The notes under the pieces were generated by a model. It was not told where the DNA came from. It did not search any database and worked only from the letters and a program-made list of their open reading frames with translations. DNA of 63,761 nt, the filler included, from Saprolegnia diclina VS20 (Eukaryota), in NCBI RefSeq assembly GCF_000281045.1. It is 11 parts of 8 records of this genome, joined end to end, with 100 filler letters (N's around TTAATTAATTAA, not from the genome) between each part and the next. Parts side by side here need not be neighbours in the genome. Positions count along the whole stretch, not along the records: positions 48,614 to 50,128 come from NW_008246265.1; positions 50,229 to 52,521 come from NW_008246267.1; positions 52,622 to 54,170 come from NW_008246267.1; positions 54,271 to 60,056 come from NW_008246268.1; 7 more parts are not named here. One strand, written 5' to 3'. The translations under genes and the position numbers were made by a program. Of the stretch, positions 48,706 to 60,156 are shown one piece after another (positions within the stretch are counted from its first letter, which is position 1; each line of letters opens with the position of its first letter).

Positions 48706-50128
48706 ATTTCACATGGCTTCTTCGCTCAGGGGGAAAAAGGGCGCGAGGCCTGCATTACCGCTGCACCTCGGGTGAGGCGTGGCGGGTTGCTTAGCGGAGA
48801 TCGGAAACTAGAATGCTAGGCTCTGGCCACCAGTCGTTGGTTTCGCTGAGCCGCCTTCTCTTGAAAAGTCCGTTTCGACTCCTGTGCAGGCGCGAAACAC
48901 CCATTTCACATGGCTTCTTCGCTCAGGGGGAAAAAGGGCGCGAGGCCTGCATTACCGCTGCACCTCGGGTGAGGCGTGGCGGTTCCCCCAAAGGCCATGC
49001 GGCTGGCCAACTGAGCGATCGCCACACCGTCGATGAGCGCGTGGACCTTGAACGTGTCTGCGCCATCGGCCAAGCATCTGGGTCGTCGGATCCTAGCGCC
49101 ACACTTGAGCTGCGCCATGGGCCCGCCGCTTCGCCGCGAGTGCATCGTGAACGCTGTTGGCTCCTTGCCGAGCTAAGCTGCTGCGCGGCGGATGAGCTGC
49201 CTGACTTGGAGCTCCGTGACCGGCACGGCGACACCGTGTTGGTTAACGGATGTGTAGAGGGGGTCGTCTTCCGACGCGCCGGCTCACAGTGCAAGCCTTG
49301 CAGCTCCCACAGAGCTGGAATCGGGCAGAGCTACGTGCTGGCCGAGCGGGAGAGGGGAACATCGTGTCGTCACCGCGTTGATCGGCCTTCGAGCTCGGGA
49401 TGACGGGAACTTCGATTTCTACCGTCTGCGCTACTGTCTCAAAGCGGGTGGTGAGCCAGACGTCCCTGACCCGGACGCCGTGCGTTGCGGGTCTGAACCC
49501 TTTGTGCGAGTAGTCGGACTTGCGCAAAAGAGAGACGGAACCCAGCAGCGCAGCCCCCCAGAGAGAGCGCTGCTGGGGGCGTCGAAGTGAGGCCGGCGCG
49601 CATGTACCAGAGCATGGTGATGCTGACGGGCTCCTTGCGTTGGGCGGGTCCATCGGTTCGGTTCCTGGCTCGGAGGACGAGCCGATGGTCGGGTGCCAGC
49701 GCCACGTTGTGCATTCGATGCACGTGATGATACGAAGCGACGTCGCAAAGTTGGATTGGGCGGTGCCCGTCGAGTTTCCTTGGTCGCGTAGGTAGACGGC
49801 GTAGTTGATAAGGCCCTTGGACTGCTCGTGTTGATCGGTTGGAAGCCGTGAAGGTAGGCCAGTCGCCACGCGCGCCCCTGTTCAAAGGCGGCGACGTACC
49901 GTCCTCTCGCGCGTGCGGCCAATACCGCGTTTTGCAAAATGTAGGTACCGGCCTGTACATGGAGCGTTGGTACTCGGGTGCCGTTCACGCTTGCCGATCC
50001 TGGACGAGGCAGCGCCACGCTCACCGATACGACGCCTCGAGCTTGCACGATCCATGGTCCGCGCGCTCCTTCCATGTGGCCCGCCGTGGCCCACTCGGAA
50101 GTCGGCTGGACGACCTAAGGCAGACACG
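48706..50128 (-). mobile_element. Decayed tyrosine-recombinase (DIRS-order, Ngaro/PAT-like) retroelement 3' end with split direct repeats
   Basis: Frameshifted YR motifs on the minus strand: LINYAVYLRDQGNSTGT, LWGAALLG...LLRKSDY, SSKADQRG, HSRRSGG, QMLGRW..DTFK. Perfect 80-bp direct repeats at 48706-48785 and 48903-48982 lie immediately 3' of the YR. Confidence 0.75.
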
Positions 50129-50230
50129 NNNNNNNNNNNNNNNNNNNNNNNNNNNNNNNNNNNNNNNNNNNNTTAATTAATTAANNNNNNNNNNNNNNNN
50201 NNNNNNNNNNNNNNNNNNNNNNNNNNNNTA

Positions 50231-50703
50231 CCTCTTCCTCGCAGCTTTAAACGAGCTTTACGACGCGATTCCGAGCATACCTAGCTATAGCACAACAAGT
50301 TTTCGAGCTCGGTCGGTTTTGGCTGCCGGGATACGAGACATTTATCCCATATCATCGCACTAGTGACACAACGTCGCTGCACGAGAGCAACAATGCTGCG
50401 TTGCCGGCACCAGCGCAGCAGAATAGGCTAGAGCAGTGACGATTCATACTACCGAAGGAGAAAACACATTGGTAAGGACGACAAATGCTTCCGCATCGTC
50501 AGATTTACTCGTAGCGCAAATGAACACGAGTTCTTCACAAGATACACCAGGAAATACGATTTTAGCGGGGCATCGAGCGCGCTAGGCAGTCAGACTTGCG
50601 GCTGGATTAATATATATTTCATCGCGATGTAGTACCGCTCGTGCTATAGCTAGGTATGCTCGGAATCGCGTCGTAAAGCTCGTTTAAAGCTGCGAGGAAG
50701 AGG
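50231..50703. mobile_element. MITE with 63-bp perfect terminal inverted repeats and TA flanks (Tc1/mariner-like)
   Basis: 50231-50293 is the exact reverse complement of 50641-50703; TA at 50229-50230 and 50704-50705; no internal ORF. Confidence 0.9.
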
Positions 50704-53332
50704 TACGTCTACCCTCTGTTATTCAATATGGTGTGACTCGATCGAGCACGAAGCGTTTGATGCGACATTGATACGTATCAGCGCAGTAATTCCCACAGAA
50801 GAGTACAATCCACCTCTTTTTGGCCTCCGCGCGCCCCGTCCCGCTCCCGTCCCGATCCCGTCCCGCGATTTCGATAAGAACCACCCTTATCTTCATACGA
50901 TCAGATTTGGCATACGTAGAAGCAATCTCCATCCCTACTTCGTCAGGCCGTGGCTGCGCAATTGGTGGCATCAAATCCCAACTTGACAACAAGTCGTCGC
51001 ATTGTGGTTGCGGCCCGGGAATGCCGCGTGACAACGCGGCCCTTCCCTACCAAGCTTCGCGATCATGGGCAAACAACAAAATAATCTTTAGCTTATTGTC
51101 ACGGGCCTCACCCGCGGCCACAAGCGTCGTCGGGCGACGACAGAAGAGCCAGACGAGCCCCCGCGCCGCCGCCTGCGCAGCCACGGACCGGCGAGCGAAT
51201 GAAGAAGAAGGAGATTGCTAGTCTCTACGTATGCGAAGTCTTTGTGTAACTAAGAAGATAACGCGAAACACGTTCATATATATATTGATAGATGCCATCG
51301 ACTGGAGGTGTTGTGTCTGGGTTGTAGTGAAGCCATGCCCGGCCAATGCAAGCGTGTGTCGCTGGAGAGTTATGACTCCAGGAAGCGAGTAGCCTGGAGT
51401 CTGGGTGGTCTGTGTGTGGTGTGGATAGGATAGGGCTAGATGTCGTATACGGATGATGTCAGGTAGCAACCGTTGACGGTTGTGACCCTTCACAGAACCT
51501 CTTGACGATGGTCCCATCCGGCATAGCCTATCGTTCTTATCGTTCTATCCACAACGCTAGCCTCCGTAGTCTCAGTTCTGAATCTGCCTTCGTTGCGTAA
51601 CACAATGCACCTGCCTGCTTCCTGGGAGATGGCTCTCCCTCGCTGCGTTGTTTGCGTTTCACCGCGGAAGCCACCACAGAGGTCGTAGCGTGAGATTGGC
51701 TTCTGCGGCTCACAAAATTGTGCTGCTCGGGCGGATTGAAAGGTGCGATCCCAAGAAATGGAAGAAGTTTTTCGCGCAGAAGGCCGGGCGCACGAAGAAC
51801 AACAGAAGGAGAGAAGAGGAGAAGCTAGAACAAGGAAGAAGCAACGACGGGGCCATTAGCATAGCCATTTCCGATTTGATCCTCTAACGAGGAAACGATC
51901 CAGCCACACAACTTCCTAAAACGGCAGGCGGGCGCCAAGAAACTCTTGTTTGTGTTCTGGGTTTTCGAACCTTCGACCTGCATTGCGCAACCCACGACCC
52001 CTCGACGCACCTCTTCGCGCGATCCTTCTACAAAACTAGTGTTCTATCGATGTCTAAGGTGCATTCTACGCTACCAATACACCACTCTTGAATTCACCAA
52101 GCGTGAGTCACCACACCAATCCCAAGGCGAGAACAGTTTGCCACCAACTCTTCAAGCTCGGCGTTCGAGAAGCGGAAAGCACATAACGGCGAAGTTGACC
52201 GGGACGTTTCTTTCGGGTACGTGGCTCAGCAGGAGCCACTCGCTGCTGGCAAGGATTCAACTCAGCAGCAAGCTGGTATGGTGTGAGTAGAGCCCTACAT
52301 CAGCGAGAGCAAAAGGCGAGTGTAACCGAGTAGCTCAGAGCGACAGACACAAATGCATGAGACACGAACGAGGTTTTTGTGGTCACAGCCCCCTTGGACG
52401 TGGACTTGCCGACAACGCTCTCGGGCTACCTCTACTCGACGCCCAAGATGGCCTCCAACATGCACCAATGCGCGTTCCGCTACCTCTGGCCCGTGTCCCG
52501 CGCGTGCGTCTGGTTCAACGTNNNNNNNNNNNNNNNNNNNNNNNNNNNNNNNNNNNNNNNNNNNNTTAATTAATTAANNNNNNNNNNNNNNNNNNNNNNN
52601 NNNNNNNNNNNNNNNNNNNNNGCAGTTGATGCCTCGTACAGCGGTTTAGTACTGGAAAAGATTCATATCCAGACAGCTCTCGAACCACTGGGTCGGGACA
52701 ATGCGATGTGTATTAAATTAATCTATCAAACAGGTCCCTTGCGGGGTGAGCTGGTAGGAACTTTTGTATAGAATGCGAAGTGTTGATTAACGGTATTGCG
52801 ACAGTCTTTGCGCGCTTCTGCAATCCAAATGCAGCCGCATTGCGATTAGGTGCGGAAATACCTTATGTACGACATGTGCTCTTAGAAGTGCGTCGTACTT
52901 AATTGATACAAAATCAAGTATAATGTCCCACATGTGACAGCACTTAACGGGAACTACCAAATCGCACCTTACTGGACATGTTCCGCGTGATGCGATTGGC
53001 TTAGACCAATGCAACTGCGTTGCATTGGCCAAAATGTCGTAAATTATAGCCAATGGGTTGGCGAGAAAATACGAATTAATCCCCTGGGATGCTGGTACAC
53101 CACGTAAACGTTCCTACCAGGAAAAGATAGTCCTACTGACGAGCCGTTAGGGTGGGACTGTACAGAAGCCTGTGGGCAGGGCTCCAGCAGTCAGCTAGCT
53201 TTAGTTTCATTTTTGTATTTAAGTACAAACGCCGGTGTTTGGGAGTACGGCCTACCTTTGTCTGGCGTTGTCAGTGAAGCAGGAACTGTTAAAGCGCCTC
53301 CCCAACCCGGAACAGATGTGGCAGTAATAATA

Positions 53333-54075
53333 GGGGGTTTCAAAGTTGAAAAAATGGAAAAGCCAATGGCAATGGAGCAGGTCCATGGCGCCAAAAATTG
53401 CTTGATTTATAGCCAATGAAAAGCGTTTGCTTTCCGGAGGCATTCCGGAGGCCGAAATGCATGTACCTCCATAATTTGATTCGTTTTTATTGCGTGGCGC
53501 CCGACAGTCCGAGGCTCGAGAGCTAGGTCCGAGGACATGGCGGTCCTTGCGCCAGCGTACCTCCTCTTGAGATCCTCTCAACAGGTCCGCTGCCTTATCT
53601 ATGGTCTTGAAGTAAAGAACAACGTGCATCGTCTTGGTTGCGCACCAGGTTGTGGGCGTCGTTGGGCATAGCGGACGTCGCCCTCGTGGCATCGTCCTTC
53701 GTCTCGATGTTGATGAAACGTTCTTCACGGTCGGCTGCAGAGAGCCTTCCGCGCATGTCCTTGTAGGACTACTCATCTCGCATGCGCGCTGGCTTGGCGC
53801 ACATGCCCCTGTTCGAGTAGACTACCCTGGCCTTCTTGCCCGCCGCGTCTAACGGCGCGGCCGCGCGCTCTCAAAAAACCTTGCGAAATTTGATGGCCTC
53901 ACTTCTCTCCATCATGGACTCGCTCCATGGCCGAAAATCGACCATGGAGATTGCAATGGAGTTGCCTCGACAAGGGAGAAATTCGCTTCCTTTTTGTCCA
54001 ATCAGCGCGCCGTATTTTCGAAAGTCCATTTTTTCGAACTCCATTGAAATCTCCATTTTCAACTTTGAAACCCCC
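53333..54075. mobile_element. Non-autonomous DNA transposon with 20-bp TIRs
   Basis: GGGGGTTTCAAAGTTGAAAA at 53333-53352 and its reverse complement at 54056-54075; TAATA on both flanks; subterminal AATGGA/TCCATT repeats. Confidence 0.75.
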
Positions 54076-54653
54076 TAATATTCCGCAACCAAAAGGGACA
54101 AAGGCAAAAAGTTGTTGAGTTTGGAGAGAGATAGTTGCCGCACGCTAGCTCCTAAGCCGTCGGGGCAAGGNNNNNNNNNNNNNNNNNNNNNNNNNNNNNN
54201 NNNNNNNNNNNNNNTTAATTAATTAANNNNNNNNNNNNNNNNNNNNNNNNNNNNNNNNNNNNNNNNNNNNGGGGTGTCCTATCACTTCTTGCAACAGCTG
54301 GTGCCAAATCAGCCGCCCCATCATCATCGTCAGTGTCCCGTTGTGAAGCATACAAAAACCAAGACATATCTGAAGCCGGGCCAAGCCGTGGAAGCGGGAC
54401 CCAGGCGTAGCTGCATCATTTTGGCGAGTTTGGAGCTGCAAAAGCCATCAAATTAAAGGTAATGACACGGTCTCCTCGCGCCTCTAGCTGAAAAGTCGCT
54501 GACTATCGTCTTTTAAACTCGACTAACGTGCTTGGATGGGTCGTGCAGTATTACTTGCCCTTGGGACGCAAAAGTCCCACTCACAAACCACCCAATCCGC
54601 TGAGGAACTCCACAAAACGAATCGATCGCCCTCCTTCGCCTCTTCACTTCCAA

Positions 54654-57600
54654 ATGACTAGAACCCTGCAAATGCTTGCTGCGGCAGCCATCGAGGAGGA
54701 GGACGACGAAGCCTACTATGACGACAAGCTCGTCTTTCTCAAGCAACACGACCGCTTCGCTGAAGAAGGTCAACTCCTCATGTCGAACAGCACCTTCTTC
54801 ATTACGCCGATCGGGATCGTCGAGACGACAAAGACGCTCGTGCTGCCGTTCCTAGCTTTCGCCAAGAACCTTGCCGACCACCTCCAGAGCCTCATCCACC
54901 CGTCGTCCCTCGCCTCGGAAGCTGTGGCGTACATAACGTGGCGACTGGCATCGGCGATCGCTCACCTCCACGCCCGTGGCATTGCGCACACAAAGCTGTG
55001 TTCCCAGCGCGTCCTCGTCACATCGAATTTGGACATCAAGCTCTGTGGTCTCAGCAGCCATACGACGAGCGCCACGGACGCGCTCTTGACAGCCGACGTG
55101 CAGGCACTGCTGGACGTGCTGCGGCAGCTGTTGACGCGTGCGACGGAGCTCCAAAGAGGCAGCTCCTTTGCCATATCAGCGCCTTCAGCGTGGCTTTTTC
55201 ATCTCGCGGCCAACGCTTCCGAGTACACGAGCATCAGCGACGTAGTCCACGAGCTTGAGCGCCACAACGCGCAGCACGGCGTCGTTTATGTCAACGACCA
55301 CCACGGGGCGCGGCTGTCGGTCGCCAAAGTCGTCACGCCGAGCGAGGACGACGCGTCGCTACAAGCCGACGAGCACATCGACGCGACGAGTGGCAATGCA
55401 TCCATGCCGCCGACGCCTGCGACGCTGTCCGAGCTCTGGGCGACGTACGCTATTGCGGCTCTGGACTCGGGATTGCTCTCGTGCACAGCAAAAGTCGAAG
55501 GTACGGATGGCAACGTCTTGCTTCGGCGGGGTGTGTACAACGGGAAGGACGTCGTTATCCACCGCATGGACTACACGGCCGACGCCGAGTTTACGCAGCA
55601 CGTTGCCCGCGTACTTTGGTACGTCCTCGATTATACACTGCTCATCTGACACTAACAGTGCTTTTTAGGGCCCAGTCGGACCTCTATACGCCTCGGGTGC
55701 TCGGCCACGCATTTGTCAACAGCGACAAGATCGCCGACGCTTTCTTTCAACAAGTCCAAGAGACAGTGCCGTGCCTCGTTGTCGACCACGACGGTCTTCT
55801 TCCGCTGCATCGAGTGCTCGCCGAGCACTGGTTGTACGCGGGCTCCCTCAAATGGCAGCAGCGAATCCAGTGTGCCCGGTCGATTGTCGCGGGCCTCGCG
55901 GACTTTGCCGCGCGTGGCATCACGCATGTGGACATAACGTCGCACAGTGTCTGCATCAAGTCGGACTTGCGGACGCCCCAGTTCACCAATATTGGTGCGC
56001 TGCAGAGCGGCGGCCACAACGCCTTTCGGTGGTTGCCACCCGAGCTGGCCAACGGCGGCGTCGGCCCCACCTCGGGGACGGTGTTTACGTTTGGCTCGCT
56101 TTTGTACGAGATTGCGTCCAACCAAGTGCCGCACCAGGACGTCGACAAGATTGTCGCTTTGGAACGGCTTCGCGACGTTGGTGGCGTAAGCGGTGACTGC
56201 CCGGTCCGTCTCGTCGACCTCATTGGCGACTGCTTGCACGACGTGCCGGCCGAGCGTCCGACATTCCAAGCCGTTCTACACCGTCTCGACCGTCTTCTCG
56301 GACCCAGCGCGTTGGAAGCCGCGTCGTCAGGTGTGTTGGCTCTTCGAGCATTTTGGACAAATTGCGTTTTTGTAGCCGCCGTCGACTTGGTCGAGCTGGA
56401 CACGTCACTGCTTAAGGAGGTCGGGTGCACGAACTTGGCCAACGAAACAAGCTGGACCTTTGAAGGCACTTATATGTCGCAGCCGGTCCTCTTGAAGCGA
56501 CCGAAAACCGGCAACGTTGCTCCCACGGTCGATCCATTCGCGCGCATTTTCGCCGAAGTGTGCCTCCTTGCACGGTACTACGCCAGCATGATGTGCAACG
56601 TCTGACAGTTCGATGTGTCTAGTGTCCAGTCACCGCACGTTATCAACCTCGTGGGCGTTGCGTACTTTGCATCGTCTCGACCGACCATGGTGCTCGAGCA
56701 CACGAGCCATGACAGCAGTTTGGCCAAGCTCTTGGTCGACGACCATTTCCGAGACAGCCTCAAAGACGCCGATCTGCTCCACCTCTTGCTCGGTGCCGCA
56801 CAAGGGCTCACCGACGTCCACGAGCGCGACTGGATCCACTGCGACGTGCGGATCGAAAATTACTTTGTCGATCGCAATGGGCAGCTTCGACTCGGACAGT
56901 TTGGTGCAGCCCGTCACGAGTCGGACATGAGCGCGCCCGAGACGGTGCCAACGGACATGGTGCCGTACACTGCACCCGAAGTGTTCGAGTCGGCAGCATT
57001 CTCGAAAAAGTCGGATGTCTTTGCATTTGGCGCGCTCATTGCCCAGCTCTACGACACGGAGCGGCTGTACGCGAGCTCGACGCTGACAAGCTTTGCGATC
57101 CGAGAACGCGTGCCCCAAGGTTTGGCGAAGATCAACGTGCCCGAGGCATGCCCACTTGAGCTCAAAGCCCTCGCCGAACGCTGCTTGTCGTTTGATTCGT
57201 CCACACGCCCGACCATGACCGACGTTGTCGCGAGCTTGCGCGAGCAAATCGCCAACGGGACTGTCGCGCCGGCGCGTCAGTACCAGTCTCGCTTTGTCCC
57301 GATGCTCGCCCGTACCATGATTTGTGTCCAAATGGTTTGTACTCAATGCATGTTGTAGCCCCCGCGGTGCCCACGATCGATGCCACGGCCCCGCTCGTTT
57401 GCAGCGAGGTGCCGCTTGGCCAAGGAGCAGTTGGTCTCGTGACAGCGTGCACGTACAATGGCATTGCCTGCGCATGCAAGCACTTCCAGCCCGTCAAAGC
57501 AGATGGTAGTTTACTCCCACAGCATCAGCGAGTCCGGTTAGAACTCAAGTTTCACCGGGAAATGGAGTTTCTCGCGAGGTAGACAACGCTTCTTTATCGT

Positions 57601-58204
57601 GCTCATTATACTTTTGCCGTCTTGTAGCCTGGATCCAAAGTACGTGCCGCGGTTCGTTGGTTCTGTGCCCGGCGATCTGCCCGGCACGTTCAAAGCCTAC
57701 CTCATGGAGGTCGTACCTGGCAACGATCTCTCCAAGGAACTCTGGCAGATCAAGCAACAAGCGACGTTTCCGTGGCAAGAGCGCTGCAAGATTGCGCTCA
57801 AGATCATCCAAGCGATTGCGTACATCCACGAGTGCGGTATCGAGCACTTGGACCTCAAGTCGTCCAACATCATGCTCACGCCCGAGAACGAGATCCGGCT
57901 CTTGGACATGGGTGAGTCGGTGCGCACGGCCGATGCTGCAGGCTACAACGAAGTCATTGGCGTCGGGACATACCAGTGGATGGCACCCGAGATCCTTGCC
58001 GGCCGCACGGTCCACGCCACGAAAGCCGACATTTACTCGTTTGGCATCATCCTCTCGGAGATTGCGATGCTCGTCCAGCCCTACAGCAACATGGGGTTTG
58101 CAAATGAGTTTGTTTTAAAGAAGAACGTCGAGAGCGGCGTGCGGCCGACGATGGACCCGGCACTTCCTCACTGGATCCGAGACCTTGCGACGAAATGCTG
58201 GCAC
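54654..58204 (+). CDS. Tandem multi-kinase protein (three degenerate domains + one intact TKL-like domain), >1100 aa, 3' end in gap
   Basis: Introns 55619-55668, 56331-56375, 56575-56622, 57312-57358 and 57579-57627 splice into one frame. Catalytic-loop equivalents: IAHTKLCSQRV, ITHVDITSHSV, IHCDVRIENY and IEHLDLKSSNI; last domain has GQGAVG, CACK, DMG, WMAPE and DIYSFG. Confidence 0.85.
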
Positions 58205-59160
58205 NNNNNNNNNNNNNNNNNNNNNNNNNNNNNNNNNNNNNNNNNNNNNNNNNNNNNNNNNNNNNNNNNNNNNNNNNNNNNNNNNNNNNNNNNNNNNNNN
58301 NNNNNNNNNNNNNNNNNNNNNNNNNNNNNNNNNNNNNNNNNNNNNNNNNNNNNNNNNNNNNNNNNNNNNNNNNNNNNNNNNNNNNNNNNNNNNNNNNNNN
58401 NNNNNNNNNNNNNNNNNNNNNNNNNNNNNNNNNNNNNNNNNNNNNNNNNNNNNNNNNNNNNNNNNNNNNNNNNNNNNNNNNNNNNNNNNNNNNNNNNNNN
58501 NNNNNNNNNNNNNNNNNNNNNNNNNNNNNNNNNNNNNNNNNNNNNNNNNNNNNNNNNNNNNNNNNNNNNNNNNNNNNNNNNNNNNNNNNNNNNNNNNNNN
58601 NNNNNNNNNNNNNNNNNNNNNNNNNNNNNNNNNNNNNNNNNNNNNNNNNNNNNNNNNNNNNNNNNNNNNNNNNNNNNNNNNNNNNNNNNNNNNNNNNNNN
58701 NNNNNNNNNNNNNNNNNNNNNNNNNNNNNNNNNNNNNNNNNNNNNNNNNNNNNNNNNNNNNNNNNNNNNNNNNNNNNNNNNNNNNNNNNNNNNNNNNNNN
58801 NNNNNNNNNNNNNNNNNNNNNNNNNNNNNNNNNNNNNNNNNNNNNNNNNNNNNNNNNNNNNNNNNNNNNNNNNNNNNNNNNNNNNNNNNNNNNNNNNNNN
58901 NNNNNNNNNNNNNNNNNNNNNNNNNNNNNNNNNNNNNNNNNNNNNNNNNNNNNNNNNNNNNNNNNNNNNNNNNNNNNNNNNNNNNNNNNNNNNNNNNNNN
59001 NNNNNNNNNNNNNNNNNNNNNNNNNNNNNNNNNNNNNNNNNNNNNNNNNNNNNNNNNNNNNNNNNNNNNNNNNNNNNNNNNNNNNNNNNNNNNNNNNNNN
59101 NNNNGAGCACATCGTTTAGCACACCGCTAAAATATGAGAAAGGTCGGTTATAACGCGTTT

Positions 59161-59364
59161 AGCTATAGCTATAGCGGCGGCGCGTTGGAGATGCTCTAAA
59201 GGAACATGTCTCCAATCGATTTATCATAACTGCTAACGTTATCATAACTATAGCGGTGCGTTGGACCACATTTTCGCCGCCAGAACTTCATGCGACATGC
59301 AATAACAAGCGTGACAGTCATAGATTAGCTATACAGTAGCGGCGGCGCGTTGGCGATGCTCTAA
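59161..59364. repeat. Two copies of a PIF/Harbinger (Tourist-like) MITE-type terminus
   Basis: TAGCGGCGGCGCGTTGG(A/C)GATGCTCTAA ends at about 59199 and 59364; the reverse complement AGAGCATCTCCAA resembles Tourist TIRs with a TAA target. Confidence 0.45.
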
Positions 59365-59887
59365 GCCTTGGCTGGTAGAAGCGCATCGCAGCCAGGACGA
59401 AGACTTCGTGGGATTTATATCACGCTCATTCGGCGGACTCCGAGAGACCTCCAGCTCGTCCAGCTCGTCCAGCTCGTCGATTTACCGGTAACGTTAGTCG
59501 AATTCCACAAGACGCACATTAGTGGCAGGAGGTCGGTCCAGATCAATTCGGCCTGATGTACTGATAAGAACTACGGTATCGACATGGGTCAAACTCTCGG
59601 TATAAGCTCTCGGTGTGGCTCCAATCGAGTGGTACAGCGTAAGTTCACATTCCGCTCCATTTTTTGCACAAACCAGCAGGCGGAGCCATTGAAGAACTAC
59701 TGTACAAGCCCTCTTTATTCATCCACGAGTCCTCGAAGCTGACGCGATACGCTTCGACGCCATGTTCAATAATATTGAACCTTGTTGGGCGTTACTGCCA
59801 CATGCTGGCCAATCGCAGTGCGAGGAATCGTCCCGCTTTACTTTGACACAACTCGAGTTGCGCCAGCAGACGACAGTCGAGGCACCA

Positions 59888-60056
59888 ATGCTGCCAACGG
59901 AGACGCTGTCAGAGCTCTGGGCGAAGTATAATGTCCCGAATTTGCTGTCGTGCACGTCTGAAGTCGAGGGCACGGACGGCAACGTCTTGCTTCGGCGGGG
60001 CAAGTACAACGGGAAGGACGTCGTTATCCACCGCATGGGCTACACGGCCGACGAGG
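59888..60056 (+). CDS. Paralogue fragment of the tandem kinase, starting at the second kinase domain; truncated by gap
   Basis: TLSELWAKY..LLSCTSEVEGTDGNVLLRRGKYNGKDVVIHRMGYTADE is nearly identical to the protein encoded at about 55420-55585. Confidence 0.7.
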
Positions 60057-60156
60057 NNNNNNNNNNNNNNNNNNNNNNNNNNNNNNNNNNNNNNNNNNNN
60101 TTAATTAATTAANNNNNNNNNNNNNNNNNNNNNNNNNNNNNNNNNNNNNNNNNNNN

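Noticed and set aside
48706..48982. CRISPR-like repeat-spacer-repeat
   Set aside because: Only two 80-bp repeats, a eukaryotic context and no cas genes; better explained as YR-element split repeats.
50720..53300. Short ORFs in small contigs
   Set aside because: No recognisable domains or coding bias; cannot be supported.
58115..59153. 300+ aa ORFs in the track
   Set aside because: Composed almost entirely of N-gap X residues.
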